Origin: a virus
Strand: one strand, 5' to 3'
Virus record (IMG/VR): IMGVR_UViG_3300032132_000001
Span: 106,573-170,572 of that record
Length of the DNA: 64,000 nucleotides
The position numbers and the translations under genes are program-made. Shown piece after piece: positions 1 to 8,621 of the stretch; the first letter of the stretch is position 1, and each line of letters begins with the position of its first letter. Under the pieces are notes generated by a model, which saw only the letters and a list, made by a program, of their open reading frames with translations, searched no databases and had not been told where the DNA came from.

Positions 1-44
1 TGTGGAGACGTCTATATCAAGAGCTTCGAAGAGAAGGGAGAGCT

Positions 45-614
45 TCATCTCTGACCGAGATGTCTTGCCAATCTATCGGTGGACCTTTTCTGGTCTGCTC
101 TCTTCATCGCTCGTGGCTGGGTTCTCGCCATGTTAGAACGAGTGACCTGTTGCACTGTAGAAATTAGATTATCTAGATGCTGCTTGAGTTTGATATTCCC
201 CATCGTCAACGGCTGTGCTAGATGGGCAATTTCTGGTACTAGCGCTTTATACTGATCCATAGCTGCTGCCAGGGTACCAACATCTTCTTGAGAAGTTAGA
301 CTGGCTCGCGCTGCCTTTGCTAAGCTGTAAATCTTACCATATGCTTGCATTCTTGCTTCTCTGGCCATAGGTACTTTCTCATACATCTGGCCTCTTTCTT
401 TTTCTGCCGCAGCCGCAGCGAGTTGTTCTTGGGATGGCCCTGCTCCCGCCGCTGTAGCTTCCGGATCCATTTCTGGTGGTGTCTCTTGCGGCATTCTCTT
501 CCGTTTGGAGGATAAACGTCGCTTGATCGCACCAGGTATGTCTCTGATCGGCATCTCATTCATCACATCTGGATCTTCAGTGATGAGAGCTGCAATGGTG
601 TCAATGTCATCCAT
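45..614 (-). CDS. hypothetical Ala-rich protein with conserved N-terminal leader motif MDDIDTIAALITEDPDVMNE
   Basis: ORF 45..632. The internal Met (res 7) starts a 20-aa motif shared with ORFs at 1830, 14963 and 34060. Confidence 0.5.
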   Translation of the reverse strand: MDDIDTIAALITEDPDVMNEMPIRDIPGAIKRRLSSKRKRMPQETPPEMDPEATAAGAGPSQEQLAAAAAEKERGQMYEKVPMAREARMQAYGKIYSLAKAARASLTSQEDVGTLAAAMDQYKALVPEIAHLAQPLTMGNIKLKQHLDNLISTVQQVTRSNMARTQPRAMKRADQKRSTDRLARHLGQR

Positions 615-645
615 ACTGTACGTTTGCACCACAAATATATACGGT

Positions 646-1125
646 ATGGATTTCAGCGTTTATGTTACTGATAACGTTTACTTCCTCGCTGATGTGGAAG
701 CGGACGAGATTTCGTTCCTCAAGGGGCAGTCGCCCACCACAATAGACTTCGCAAGAGATTCACTTCATCTTGATTTAGGTGGAATCTTCCGAGCACAAGA
801 TCTCGTAGAATTCGAAATTAAGGGATATAGATTCAAGATTCTATTATATAATCTACAAGCGATATTCGACCATTTATCTAAAGCACAGACTCTCACCGAA
901 TGCGATAAAGATGCAATCTTCACCCCTATTTACCCCCTCTACATAGTAATAATGAGCGGGGAGATGTGGCTAGAGGTGATGAAGAAACTTGTCGAAATCA
1001 GTAAAGAACAAGAAGATCGTATAATGTCATCCAGACTAGACTTGGAAGACTTCTGGCAGGGAGCAGAAGAAAGTGGTCTCTGGAAACGCCAAGGTGTAAT
1101 AAGAGAATCAGACCAACGTATTTGA
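646..1125 (+). CDS. hypothetical protein
   Basis: ORF 505..1125 trimmed to the first ATG (646) that does not overlap the upstream minus-strand gene. Confidence 0.4.
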   Translation: MDFSVYVTDNVYFLADVEADEISFLKGQSPTTIDFARDSLHLDLGGIFRAQDLVEFEIKGYRFKILLYNLQAIFDHLSKAQTLTECDKDAIFTPIYPLYIVIMSGEMWLEVMKKLVEISKEQEDRIMSSRLDLEDFWQGAEESGLWKRQGVIRESDQRI

Positions 1126-1553
1126 GCCTTCAACCTTTGGAGGGTTCTAACGTGTCTAAGAAGTACAAAGTAGAAGTGCCGACCACACACCGTAAAATCC
1201 GAGACGAAACTCGGACCAATCGTGCCAACAAGCGCGGCAGCAAAACGAAGTATAAAATCGCTTTCGTCACCCGGAAACGGAAGACGAAGGGGAAGAAGAA
1301 CGGTCGTATCTTCCAGTTGTTTGTTGATCCTACTACAAGGAACGACGGCGAAAAGAAGATTATCACCACTACTGAAGCCTACGAATTGACTAGAGAACAA
1401 GTCAACGTAATCAACGAGAAGAAGGAGTCCACTTGTTTGGATATTCTCACTTCTCCAGTTGGCAAGGTGGATTTCAGATGGATTTCTCGCGACGTTCTCC
1501 GTACCATTCGCCGGGACGTGCGCGAACGCGGAACAGTTCTTACCAAAGACTAG
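1122..1553 (+). CDS. hypothetical basic (Lys/Arg-rich) protein
   Basis: 143-aa ORF. ATGA-style overlap with the upstream gene. The antisense ORF 939..1625 is low-complexity. Confidence 0.4.
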   Translation: MSLQPLEGSNVSKKYKVEVPTTHRKIRDETRTNRANKRGSKTKYKIAFVTRKRKTKGKKNGRIFQLFVDPTTRNDGEKKIITTTEAYELTREQVNVINEKKESTCLDILTSPVGKVDFRWISRDVLRTIRRDVRERGTVLTKD

Positions 1554-1577
1554 ACCAGAGTGCCGCGTAGATAAAAT

Positions 1578-1826
1578 ATGCGCGGCACATTTTGGGTCTC
1601 CTTCCGCATACCTTACTCCCGTCAATGGCGTAAGGCATTAGACTTCTACATCGCTGAAATCACCAGCTTCGATGGTGTAGTAGTGGAAGAAACAGCTATC
1701 AATACTGAAGGGATCGGCTGTAAAATCAGCGCCCCGATCCTCACCATGGCAAAATATATCAACTCTGAGTATATGCCATACACCGTCTATGAGGTCTATC
1801 CTTTGGAACTGGAAGATCAAACATAG
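1578..1826 (+). CDS. hypothetical protein
   Basis: 82-aa ORF in the co-directional gene string. Confidence 0.3.
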   Translation: MRGTFWVSFRIPYSRQWRKALDFYIAEITSFDGVVVEETAINTEGIGCKISAPILTMAKYINSEYMPYTVYEVYPLELEDQT

Positions 1827-1829
1827 TGT

Positions 1830-2441
1830 GTGGACATACCAGACATCGTAGCGGCTTTACTCACTGAAGACCCCGACGTCCTCAATGAGATCTTGTCTCA
1901 TGACGAGATTACCAACCTAATTGCTCCCTTGATCGCTAGACATAAAGCGGGAAAGAAGGTGAGCAGCGGCGCTATCCATAAAATCATAAAAAGTGCCGAG
2001 CCAAAGACGCAAGAAGAAGCGTCGTCTCTTATGTGGCAAGTAAGACAGGCTATGATGCAGTATGGTATAGAATGGCCAGACCCAAAGGGCGCTGTTCCGA
2101 AAATTGCACCGGTACAGCCTGACCCAGAAGCGATCTCCAAAAGATATAAAGAATTTGACATTAATCCTGAGCGTAGAGATAAAAAAGCAGACCGTCGTCG
2201 TGAACGCCAGAAAGCCTGGAAGGGTGTAGAAAGGCGAAAGGCGCGGAGACGTAGTAGCCCTACCGATTCTTGGGTAGACGATTGCATCAAGACTACTAAA
2301 AATCCCAAGAAATGCAAAGAAGTAGCTCAGAGAGCCCGTTCTACTCCCCAACGCGGAGAGGAAGAGCAGGCACAGTGGTCTGGTCGCCCACGTCCAGTAC
2401 CTAAGCCCCCGAAAGAGGGGGAGCATGGGTTCAGAGGCTAG
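1830..2441 (+). CDS. hypothetical protein with N-terminal leader motif MDIPDIVAALLTEDPDVLNE and basic KR-rich C-terminus
   Basis: 203-aa ORF. The N-terminal 20 aa match the motif of ORFs at 614, 14963 and 34060. Confidence 0.55.
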   Translation: MDIPDIVAALLTEDPDVLNEILSHDEITNLIAPLIARHKAGKKVSSGAIHKIIKSAEPKTQEEASSLMWQVRQAMMQYGIEWPDPKGAVPKIAPVQPDPEAISKRYKEFDINPERRDKKADRRRERQKAWKGVERRKARRRSSPTDSWVDDCIKTTKNPKKCKEVAQRARSTPQRGEEEQAQWSGRPRPVPKPPKEGEHGFRG

Positions 2442-2456
2442 CAGTATCTGAGCTAT

Positions 2457-3098
2457 ATGCTCAATGTAATCTGTGTCAAGTGGGGCACCAAGTACAACCA
2501 CGATTACGTCAATAAGCTGTACAATATGACCCAGCGAAGGCTCAATTACGAGCATCGCTTCATCTGCCTCACCGACAACCCTGCCGGCATAGACCCTATA
2601 ATCGAGTCTTTGCCATTCCCGGAAGACGATACGGGATGGTGGAACAAACTAAACTTGTTTCGACCTTATCTCCACGACATCGAAGGTACTATCCTGTATA
2701 TGGATCTAGATGTCGTGCTTGTGGATAGTATCGACCCGTTGATCAACTACAAGGGCCGAAACTTCTGCATAATCGACGACTGGCTTCCACAGTTTCATCA
2801 TAATTCAAGTGTGATGCGCTTTGAGTTCGGCTCTCAACCACACATATGGACCAACTACGAAGAAAAGAAAGGGCTAATCCGCCAGAACTATAGAGGAGAT
2901 CAAGAATGGATCTCCAGACATGTACCAGATGCTACTACCTGGCCAGAAGGGTGGTGCTTCTCTTACAAATGGGGTGCCAAGCTCAAGGCGCTGAACAAAC
3001 CAGGTGTGGTGCCAGCCAACGGTAAGATTGGCGTATTTGCAGGAAGGCCAAAACAGGACGAAGTATCTGATCTCTGGGTGAAGCGTAACTGGAAGTAG
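2457..3098 (+). CDS. glycosyltransferase-like protein (DxD motif, nucleotide-sugar transferase fold)
   Basis: 213 aa. 'YMDLDVVLVD' DxD motif. N-terminal VICVKWGTKY is typical of sugar transferases. Confidence 0.45.
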   Translation: MLNVICVKWGTKYNHDYVNKLYNMTQRRLNYEHRFICLTDNPAGIDPIIESLPFPEDDTGWWNKLNLFRPYLHDIEGTILYMDLDVVLVDSIDPLINYKGRNFCIIDDWLPQFHHNSSVMRFEFGSQPHIWTNYEEKKGLIRQNYRGDQEWISRHVPDATTWPEGWCFSYKWGAKLKALNKPGVVPANGKIGVFAGRPKQDEVSDLWVKRNWK

Positions 3099-3133
3099 AT
3101 ACGCTGTTCACGAAACCTCAACCCAGGAAGAAA

Positions 3134-3547
3134 ATGAGATACGTATTGATTCTGTTGACTGTGTTTCTGACCGCTTGTTCTAATCCTCCTACGGAGAAGA
3201 AGGCACCTACCATCTCCTTCGAAACCCAGAGGACACTGAAGCTGTCAGTCACGCATTTCCACGACCACAACCGTACCCAATTCTACAGTACCATCGGCGA
3301 GATGGAAGCGTGGGACGGGAAGCAAAGCTCCGGGAAACTGGCGTTCAAGGCCGAAGAAGGAGCTGAAAACCAGGAAACGCCCTTTAGACCACTTGCTGGT
3401 CTACTGCTAGTCACTCAAGACGCAGTGAAGGCGTACACCACTCGCAATGAAGAGATCAACGAACTGCAAAGGTTCATCGATCTGAAGCAGTGGAACAATG
3501 CCTTGAAGGCTCAAGAAGCCCTGATCAGAACTCAAACTACTAAGTAA
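3134..3547 (+). CDS. putative lipoprotein
   Basis: Signal peptide ending in lipobox L-T-A-C (MRYVLILLTVFLTAC). Confidence 0.55.
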   Translation: MRYVLILLTVFLTACSNPPTEKKAPTISFETQRTLKLSVTHFHDHNRTQFYSTIGEMEAWDGKQSSGKLAFKAEEGAENQETPFRPLAGLLLVTQDAVKAYTTRNEEINELQRFIDLKQWNNALKAQEALIRTQTTK

Positions 3548-3553
3548 ACATTG

Positions 3554-3576
3554 GGAGGCCCTCCTAGAGGGCCTCC
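3554..3576. terminator. bidirectional stem-loop terminator (GGAGGCCCT/AGGGCCTCC, 5-nt loop) followed by a T-rich tract
   Basis: Perfect 9-bp GC-rich inverted repeat between convergent genes 3134..3547(+) and 3564..4382(-). Confidence 0.5.
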
Positions 3577-4382
3577 ATTATTTCCCCTGCTCTATCGAAC
3601 CCGTAAAGCCAGATATTTTCCATAGCTTTCGGGTTGAAATCTAGCACGTCGCCCAGGTGCCTCTCTGGGCTGATAATGATCAATTCCCTATTCCTACACA
3701 TTTGGGGTAGGTCGTTGCGCGCGATCTCGGATACCATAATATCTACGGTGCGCATCAAAATATCGATCAGGCCCGAAGGGTTTCTCTCTAGATGCTTGGT
3801 CTCAAGCGGGCTGTTGATTACTACTATGATCCGGTCAATGTGACGATCCCAAAGTACCGGTGCAACCGGGATAGTATCAATCAGACCTCCATCCCCGTAG
3901 TCGTCACCGTGGATGTTGACCAGAGGCATGATAGCTGGCATAGAGGCAGACGCTAGGACGTACTTCTCCCAGTTGTCCATATTCTCCATGGACGACTCGA
4001 TCCTTGCTACCATACCAGTTCTCATATTGGTAGCGGTTACGACGGCTTTCCGCCCGTTCACGTAAGCCTGTTGCAGCGCTTCTTTATCAGAGTAGCGTTC
4101 GATTAGGTTGGCGAGAGGGGAAGTATCAACGAGAGATCCGTGGACGAAAGCAGAGATTAGATCTCTATCTCTCAAAATGTCAGTATCTTCTATTCCACCT
4201 CGATAGACGTCATTTATTACTTCGATGTTGTCCAGGAGAATCGGACCTGCCATCAATGCTCCGGTCGAGGTCCCCGACACTATATCCCATCTGAAATCGT
4301 ACTGGGACATCAACCGGTAGATCGCACCCACCGCGAATGCCCCATTCCTTCCGCCTCCGCTGATTACTAATGCGTCGCTCAT
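3564..4382 (-). CDS. patatin-like phospholipase
   Basis: N-terminal GGGxxG oxyanion motif (ISGGGRNGAF), GTSTG serine lipase motif, and DGG catalytic Asp motif. Confidence 0.7.
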   Translation of the reverse strand: MSDALVISGGGRNGAFAVGAIYRLMSQYDFRWDIVSGTSTGALMAGPILLDNIEVINDVYRGGIEDTDILRDRDLISAFVHGSLVDTSPLANLIERYSDKEALQQAYVNGRKAVVTATNMRTGMVARIESSMENMDNWEKYVLASASMPAIMPLVNIHGDDYGDGGLIDTIPVAPVLWDRHIDRIIVVINSPLETKHLERNPSGLIDILMRTVDIMVSEIARNDLPQMCRNRELIIISPERHLGDVLDFNPKAMENIWLYGFDRAGEIMEAL

Positions 4383-4725
4383 TGGTTATTTCCAGGGCAG
4401 CTGTTATGAACAAGTGAACCACCTTAGACTCTGGTAGAGGTTCTACGCCTCTACGTTCTGCGATTCTCTTATATCGCAGATGTCCTAGTGACCCGGTTAC
4501 GTTTATTTTTCTTAGCTCAGCTTGTAACTTGACAATCGTTGGGATCTTAGTATCGTCCAGCCTGGATATTGTTACAGTCTTCCCAGGATCTCGGACCCAA
4601 GCTTTTATCCACGATTTGCAATCTGATCGTACTTCATCAACATGAGAACGATCATAGTCGGGTAGCTTGTCCCCGCAAGTGCAACCAGCAAGTACAAGAA
4701 GAGCGGCAAAGAGTAGTGTGCGCAT
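4210..4725 (-). CDS. putative lipoprotein (3' end uncertain; last ~57 codons overlap the patatin start out of frame)
   Basis: Lipobox LAGC (MRTLLFAALLVLAGC). The stop-to-stop ORF runs 173 nt into the patatin gene, with a low-complexity tail. Confidence 0.4.
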   Translation of the reverse strand: MRTLLFAALLVLAGCTCGDKLPDYDRSHVDEVRSDCKSWIKAWVRDPGKTVTISRLDDTKIPTIVKLQAELRKINVTGSLGHLRYKRIAERRGVEPLPESKVVHLFITAALEITNERRISNQRRRKEWGIRGGCDLPVDVPVRFQMGYSVGDLDRSIDGRSDSPGQHRSNK

Positions 4726-4729
4726 ATCC

Positions 4730-4741
4730 TATGTATACATA
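4730..4741. promoter_or_regulatory. perfect 12-bp palindrome TATGTATACATA in a divergent intergenic region, flanked by the inverted repeat ATCCTA/TAGGAT (candidate operator)
   Basis: Read directly in the 190-nt gap between the minus gene starting at 4725 and the plus gene starting at 4919. Confidence 0.3.
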
Positions 4742-4918
4742 AAGTATGTGCGAAATACCTTCTGAAAAGTATCTTTTGTGCTGTAGGATATTCGTCTTTT
4801 TAGATGAGTGGCTATTCTACTTGCTATTGCTTTATCTCTGGTTCCAGAGCGAACTCCTTTTGTTCGGGATAGTTGTTGCGCTGGGGTCTATCTTTATCGT
4901 TACATCGTACATAGGACA

Positions 4919-5110
4919 ATGGACACTCGAAAGAAAGAGGTTTGGGAGCTTGTTTACGTCTGTGCATGGTGTCAAGAAGACATTGTGGAAGACGGAACCC
5001 CCAAAACAATCTTAGTAGACAAGAAAGATCAAGCTGGGGTTTCGCACGGCATGTGTAAATCCTGCTTCGACATAAAGGTAGCTGAACTAAGGAGCGGCAA
5101 GAATGCCTAA
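4919..5110 (+). CDS. small zinc-ribbon protein
   Basis: MDTRKKE start inside ORF 4808..5110. CxxC...CxxC arrangement (CAWCQ...CKSC). Confidence 0.4.
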   Translation: MDTRKKEVWELVYVCAWCQEDIVEDGTPKTILVDKKDQAGVSHGMCKSCFDIKVAELRSGKNA

Positions 5111-5309
5111 GATGCGCGGAATCATCCTGAGACATGGCAAGATGAACAGTGATGGTAGAGTCTTCTCCAAGAAAGACGTAAAAGGGATCTGCGAGCGACT
5201 CACCAAGCGTGGGTATCCTGTAGAGCTTGATGATAATGGTAATCTCGTATCCAACGGGATGGAAATCCGAGATATCAAGAATGAGCTTAGTGTACCACAC
5301 GACGGCTAA
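5103..5309 (+). CDS. hypothetical protein
   Basis: 68-aa ORF. 8-nt overlap with the upstream gene (translational coupling). Confidence 0.4.
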   Translation: MPKMRGIILRHGKMNSDGRVFSKKDVKGICERLTKRGYPVELDDNGNLVSNGMEIRDIKNELSVPHDG

Positions 5310-5342
5310 AGAAATGCAAGTAACCCCACTGGGAGTAGCATC

Positions 5343-5795
5343 ATGCGATTCTCGCTTCTGCTTTTGCTTCTGTTGGTTGCCTGTAGTTTATCTGGATGTA
5401 TCTCGCTCGGACAAGACGAGCGATTGACGGAAATCGCACAAGAAGAATGGTTGCGCAGTGGGCCCCCTGATATGTTCAGGTACACCTATATTAGAGGAAA
5501 ACTGTGCATTGGGTCTCCTGCCGCAAGAGGACATTTTGATGGTACTCTATCAGTATATGTCCCATGGCCTTGGAACTATTGCGAATTTATGACTCGTATC
5601 ATAATGAGATATGAGCTGAGTAAAGTAGCCTGGCAGTTACATGGGGCTCAATTAGTAGAAGAGAATGGCCCATATGCTGCGCCGGTTACGATCCCTATTT
5701 GTATGTATATGTGGCTAGATGCTGTCTTCCATCTTCCAACCAGCGAACTCCACTCTTGGTACCGTTCGTTGTTTCCTGGGGAAATTCAAAAATAG
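5343..5795 (+). CDS. putative lipoprotein
   Basis: Signal peptide with lipobox LSGC (MRFSLLLLLLLVACSLSGC). Confidence 0.55.
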   Translation: MRFSLLLLLLLVACSLSGCISLGQDERLTEIAQEEWLRSGPPDMFRYTYIRGKLCIGSPAARGHFDGTLSVYVPWPWNYCEFMTRIIMRYELSKVAWQLHGAQLVEENGPYAAPVTIPICMYMWLDAVFHLPTSELHSWYRSLFPGEIQK

Positions 5796-5799
5796 GAAA

Positions 5800-6069
5800 A
5801 TGGAACCTCTCAAAATCAAGACCTATTGCGTCGTAGAGCGGACTCAAGAAACTGCTTGCAAGTATGCAACTGAGAGGTACATGTTCGACCATGGTGGGAT
5901 CGAAGAAGCCCGCATGTTGATTATTAAGGCGGGCGGATCCCTCAACTTCCGAATCACTGATGCTGTGATGATCCCTGGATCTCAAGAATTCATATTCCAG
6001 GTACAGATTGGGATCCCACATCCAGAAGAAGAAGAGGTCGAAGAAGACGACGACTACGATTTCATATAA
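5800..6069 (+). CDS. hypothetical protein with acidic C-terminus
   Basis: ATG at 5800 with an upstream AGGAAAA SD. C-terminus EEEEVEEDDDYDFI. Confidence 0.4.
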   Translation: MEPLKIKTYCVVERTQETACKYATERYMFDHGGIEEARMLIIKAGGSLNFRITDAVMIPGSQEFIFQVQIGIPHPEEEEVEEDDDYDFI

Positions 6070-6078
6070 ATATAAGTC

Positions 6079-6996
6079 ATGAGAAAGGCACTAATTGTAG
6101 GTATCAATAGATACAAAGACCCGCGTGATAATCTACGCGGATGTGTGCCCGATGCTAGAGGTATGCGCCGAGTTCTCAAGAACGTTTACAAGTTCCACCC
6201 TGATAATATCAGGATGCTCCTGAACGAGAGAGCCACCAGGCGTAACATCCTAGTTCGCTTGGAGTGGCTAGTTGGCAAAGCCAAGCCTGGCGACGTGCTA
6301 TTCTTCCATTTCAGTGGCCACGGCTCTCAGATCCGAGATCGCAACGGCGACGAACTCAACGACCATCTCGATGAGATTATTTGCCCATATGACATGGATT
6401 GGGCAAATCCGCTCTCGGACGACGTATTGAAAAGAAAGTTCGCCAAGCTTCCGCGCGGCGCACACATGTACTTGGTGTTCGATTGTTGCCACTCTGGTTC
6501 GGTTGACAGAGGCAACCCTCATTCACCTGATGCCGATGGTGACAGCTACCGTAAATCTCGGTTCCTGTTGCCACCATTGGACATAGCGATGCGCGCAGAC
6601 GAGCGTGAACTCAAACGTAGGAAAGTCGGTTTAAAAAACGCGGAGGCTTGTTGGTGCAGCCGCAAGTTTCCAAAAGTAATGAACTATCTTGGAGGGTTGG
6701 TTCCAGCGATCGCAGAGAGAGCAAGGAAAAAACCCCCAGAGCCTAAACAAAGACACATCATGATTTCCGGATGTCGCGATAATCAGACGAGCGCAGACGC
6801 CTTTATTCAAGGCGCTTACGCAGGGGCCCTATCTTGGCACCTAATCGACGCTCTCACGCGATATCCCGGCCTACCAGTGCAAGAGGTGCATAGAAGGGCA
6901 CGTCGGGCAATCCTACAGCGTGGATTCACGCAGGATTCCCAATTCAGGGGGCCCAAGGCCCTCCGAAATCTGCCCTTCTGCAGCGCCCCGGCCTAA
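6079..6996 (+). CDS. caspase-like peptidase (C14 metacaspase/orthocaspase, p20+p10)
   Basis: Catalytic His in HFSGHGSQ and Cys in LVFDCCHSG. A p10-like SGCRDNQTSADA segment is present. Confidence 0.75.
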   Translation: MRKALIVGINRYKDPRDNLRGCVPDARGMRRVLKNVYKFHPDNIRMLLNERATRRNILVRLEWLVGKAKPGDVLFFHFSGHGSQIRDRNGDELNDHLDEIICPYDMDWANPLSDDVLKRKFAKLPRGAHMYLVFDCCHSGSVDRGNPHSPDADGDSYRKSRFLLPPLDIAMRADERELKRRKVGLKNAEACWCSRKFPKVMNYLGGLVPAIAERARKKPPEPKQRHIMISGCRDNQTSADAFIQGAYAGALSWHLIDALTRYPGLPVQEVHRRARRAILQRGFTQDSQFRGPKALRNLPFCSAPA

Positions 6997-7214
6997 CCGC
7001 CGAAGTATCTGACCGATGCGGCGATTTCAAAACGAGGTTAGGCAATGTCTGTATGCGAACTGTGCTGGGTCAACGAGGGTTTCATCACCATTCCGATGGC
7101 CCCTCTACCAGACGCTCAAGTATGTGAGTACTGCGAAGGAGATCTAGAAGAAGTAAAGAAGCCAGCGATCCAGAAGATCGTAAATATCATCGGATGGCTA
7201 AGCAAAAAACGGAA

Positions 7215-7291
<77 letters not shown>

Positions 7292-7516
7292 GTGATTACA
7301 GTAAGACGGCTTTTGCCGAAGTACAGAACAGAACAGTTAGCTGAGTTCAACTCAGTGGAGGAGGCAACTAGAGCGGTGAGAGCATTCCGCAAAGAGGGTT
7401 ATACGGGGAGTTTGGTTGTAGAGGAGTGGGAAGAGGGCTATATGGCCCACTACTATCCTCCGCTTCCAACTCGTGTATCGGTTCGGTTGTACCAGAACCG
7501 CATATACCACCCGTAG
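7292..7516 (+). CDS. hypothetical small protein (GTG start immediately after tRNA-Pro)
   Basis: 74-aa ORF filling the inter-tRNA gap. Confidence 0.3.
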   Translation: MITVRRLLPKYRTEQLAEFNSVEEATRAVRAFRKEGYTGSLVVEEWEEGYMAHYYPPLPTRVSVRLYQNRIYHP

Positions 7517-7582
7517 CTCAACTGGCAGAGCGCTTGGCTGTAAACCAAGAGGTTGTAGGTTCGACTCCTACCGGGTGGACCA
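7507..7582 (+). tRNA. tRNA with anticodon GTA (Tyr), class I type with short variable loop
   Basis: Acceptor CCACCCG/CGGGTGG, anticodon stem CTTGG/CCAAG, loop CTGTAAA, CCA encoded. Confidence 0.6.
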
Positions 7583-7801
7583 ATGGATGAAAAAGATCTA
7601 AACAGACTGATCCACATGTCAGACCAAGCTGGAAAGGCAGTGGAGCTTCAGGCAGAGTTCTACAAGAAGTTCTTCTGGACTCTAGTTGCGGAACCACAGC
7701 CTATGCCACTAGAGGCTGCAATAGCTCTTGTGGTCGGGTATCAAAAGGCTGTTCTTTACGCCGCGCTTAACCAACAAGGAAATCAAGAAAATCAAGAATA
7801 A
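7583..7801 (+). CDS. hypothetical small protein
   Basis: 72-aa ORF starting at the base after the tRNA 3' end. Confidence 0.35.
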   Translation: MDEKDLNRLIHMSDQAGKAVELQAEFYKKFFWTLVAEPQPMPLEAAIALVVGYQKAVLYAALNQQGNQENQE

Positions 7802-7807
7802 CAAGAT

Positions 7808-7883
7808 GGGGTCTTAGCTCAATTGGGAGAGCACCTGCCTTGCACGCAGGGGGTTGAGGGTTCGAGTCCCTCAGGCTCCACCA
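7808..7883 (+). tRNA. tRNA-Ala(TGC)
   Basis: Acceptor GGGGTCT/AGGCTCC, anticodon loop CTTGCAC, CCA encoded. Confidence 0.8.
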
Positions 7884-7888
7884 TCTAA

Positions 7889-7963
7889 TCTGGGGTAACT
7901 CAATTGGTAGAGTACCTGGCTGTTAACCAGGGAGTTGCGGGTTCGAGTCCCGCCCCCAGAGCC
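7889..7963 (+). tRNA. tRNA-Asn(GTT)
   Basis: Acceptor TCTGGGG/CCCCAGA, anticodon loop CTGTTAA, CCA encoded. Confidence 0.8.
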
Positions 7964-8312
7964 AATGTGCACTAAATCCAAGGGAATGGGAAGCTTCCAG
8001 GCCGAGCTTCCCGCTGAGGAGGGAGATTGGCTCTGGGTATGCCAATGGGGATGCGGCTGCGTGCGTCGAGCTGGCATCGCTTGGATAGTGTCGATTCAAG
8101 ATGCGCCTGATGCTTTGGATCTTGGAAATGGCTTCGCTCTTTCCTGGGAAGGGCAGAGTCCGAATGACACGATAGACCGGATGGATTCTAGCCAGCTACA
8201 AGATGTAGCCGGTTGGATGAAGCTGGACCTTCCGGAAAGTTATGATAACAAGATGGACAGACAGAAAGAAGAAGACCTGCTGGAAGCTGTGAAAAATTGC
8301 CCTGTGGTGTAA
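7964..8312 (+). CDS. hypothetical protein
   Basis: ATG directly after the tRNA-Asn CCA. Trimmed from ORF 7935..8312. Confidence 0.35.
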
Positions 8313-8371
8313 TGGAAGCACGTTTGGCTCTGGACCAGACGGTCGAGGTTCGAATCCTCGCAGGGTAGCCA
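8298..8371 (+). tRNA. tRNA-Gln(CTG)
   Basis: Acceptor TGCCCTG/CAGGGTA, anticodon loop CTCTGGA, CCA encoded. Confidence 0.75.
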
Positions 8372-8617
8372 ATGTGGTGTGATTATCTAGAAAGCATGAG
8401 CGAAGCGGAGCTAAAAGCGTTCCGCCTCTCCCTATGGAAGCACGCGGGCGATGCGAGCAAGAAGATTCGCTGTCCGAAGTGCAACAAGAGGGTAGGGGTA
8501 CGCTCTGTATTCGACTCCAAGCTGGGAGAAACCGTGATCAACCTAAGTCCACATAAGGTCAGGACCACCAAAGCCAAGACGCCTAAGAATAAAGACAAGC
8601 GCATACGACAACGCTAA
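8372..8617 (+). CDS. hypothetical small protein with CPKC zinc-ribbon-like motif
   Basis: 81-aa ORF starting right after the tRNA. Confidence 0.35.
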   Translation: MWCDYLESMSEAELKAFRLSLWKHAGDASKKIRCPKCNKRVGVRSVFDSKLGETVINLSPHKVRTTKAKTPKNKDKRIRQR

Positions 8618-8621
8618 CCAT

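Noticed and set aside
939-1625. 228-aa minus-strand ORF overlapping plus-strand genes 646..1553.
   Set aside because: Low-complexity S/L/R-rich composition. It runs antisense to a co-directional plus-strand gene string with coupled stops and starts.
4210-4382. Programmed frameshift joining the lipoprotein ORF to the patatin gene.
   Set aside because: The overlap is out of frame and the overlapping tail is low complexity. No slippery heptamer was noticed. It is more likely a long non-functional ORF extension.
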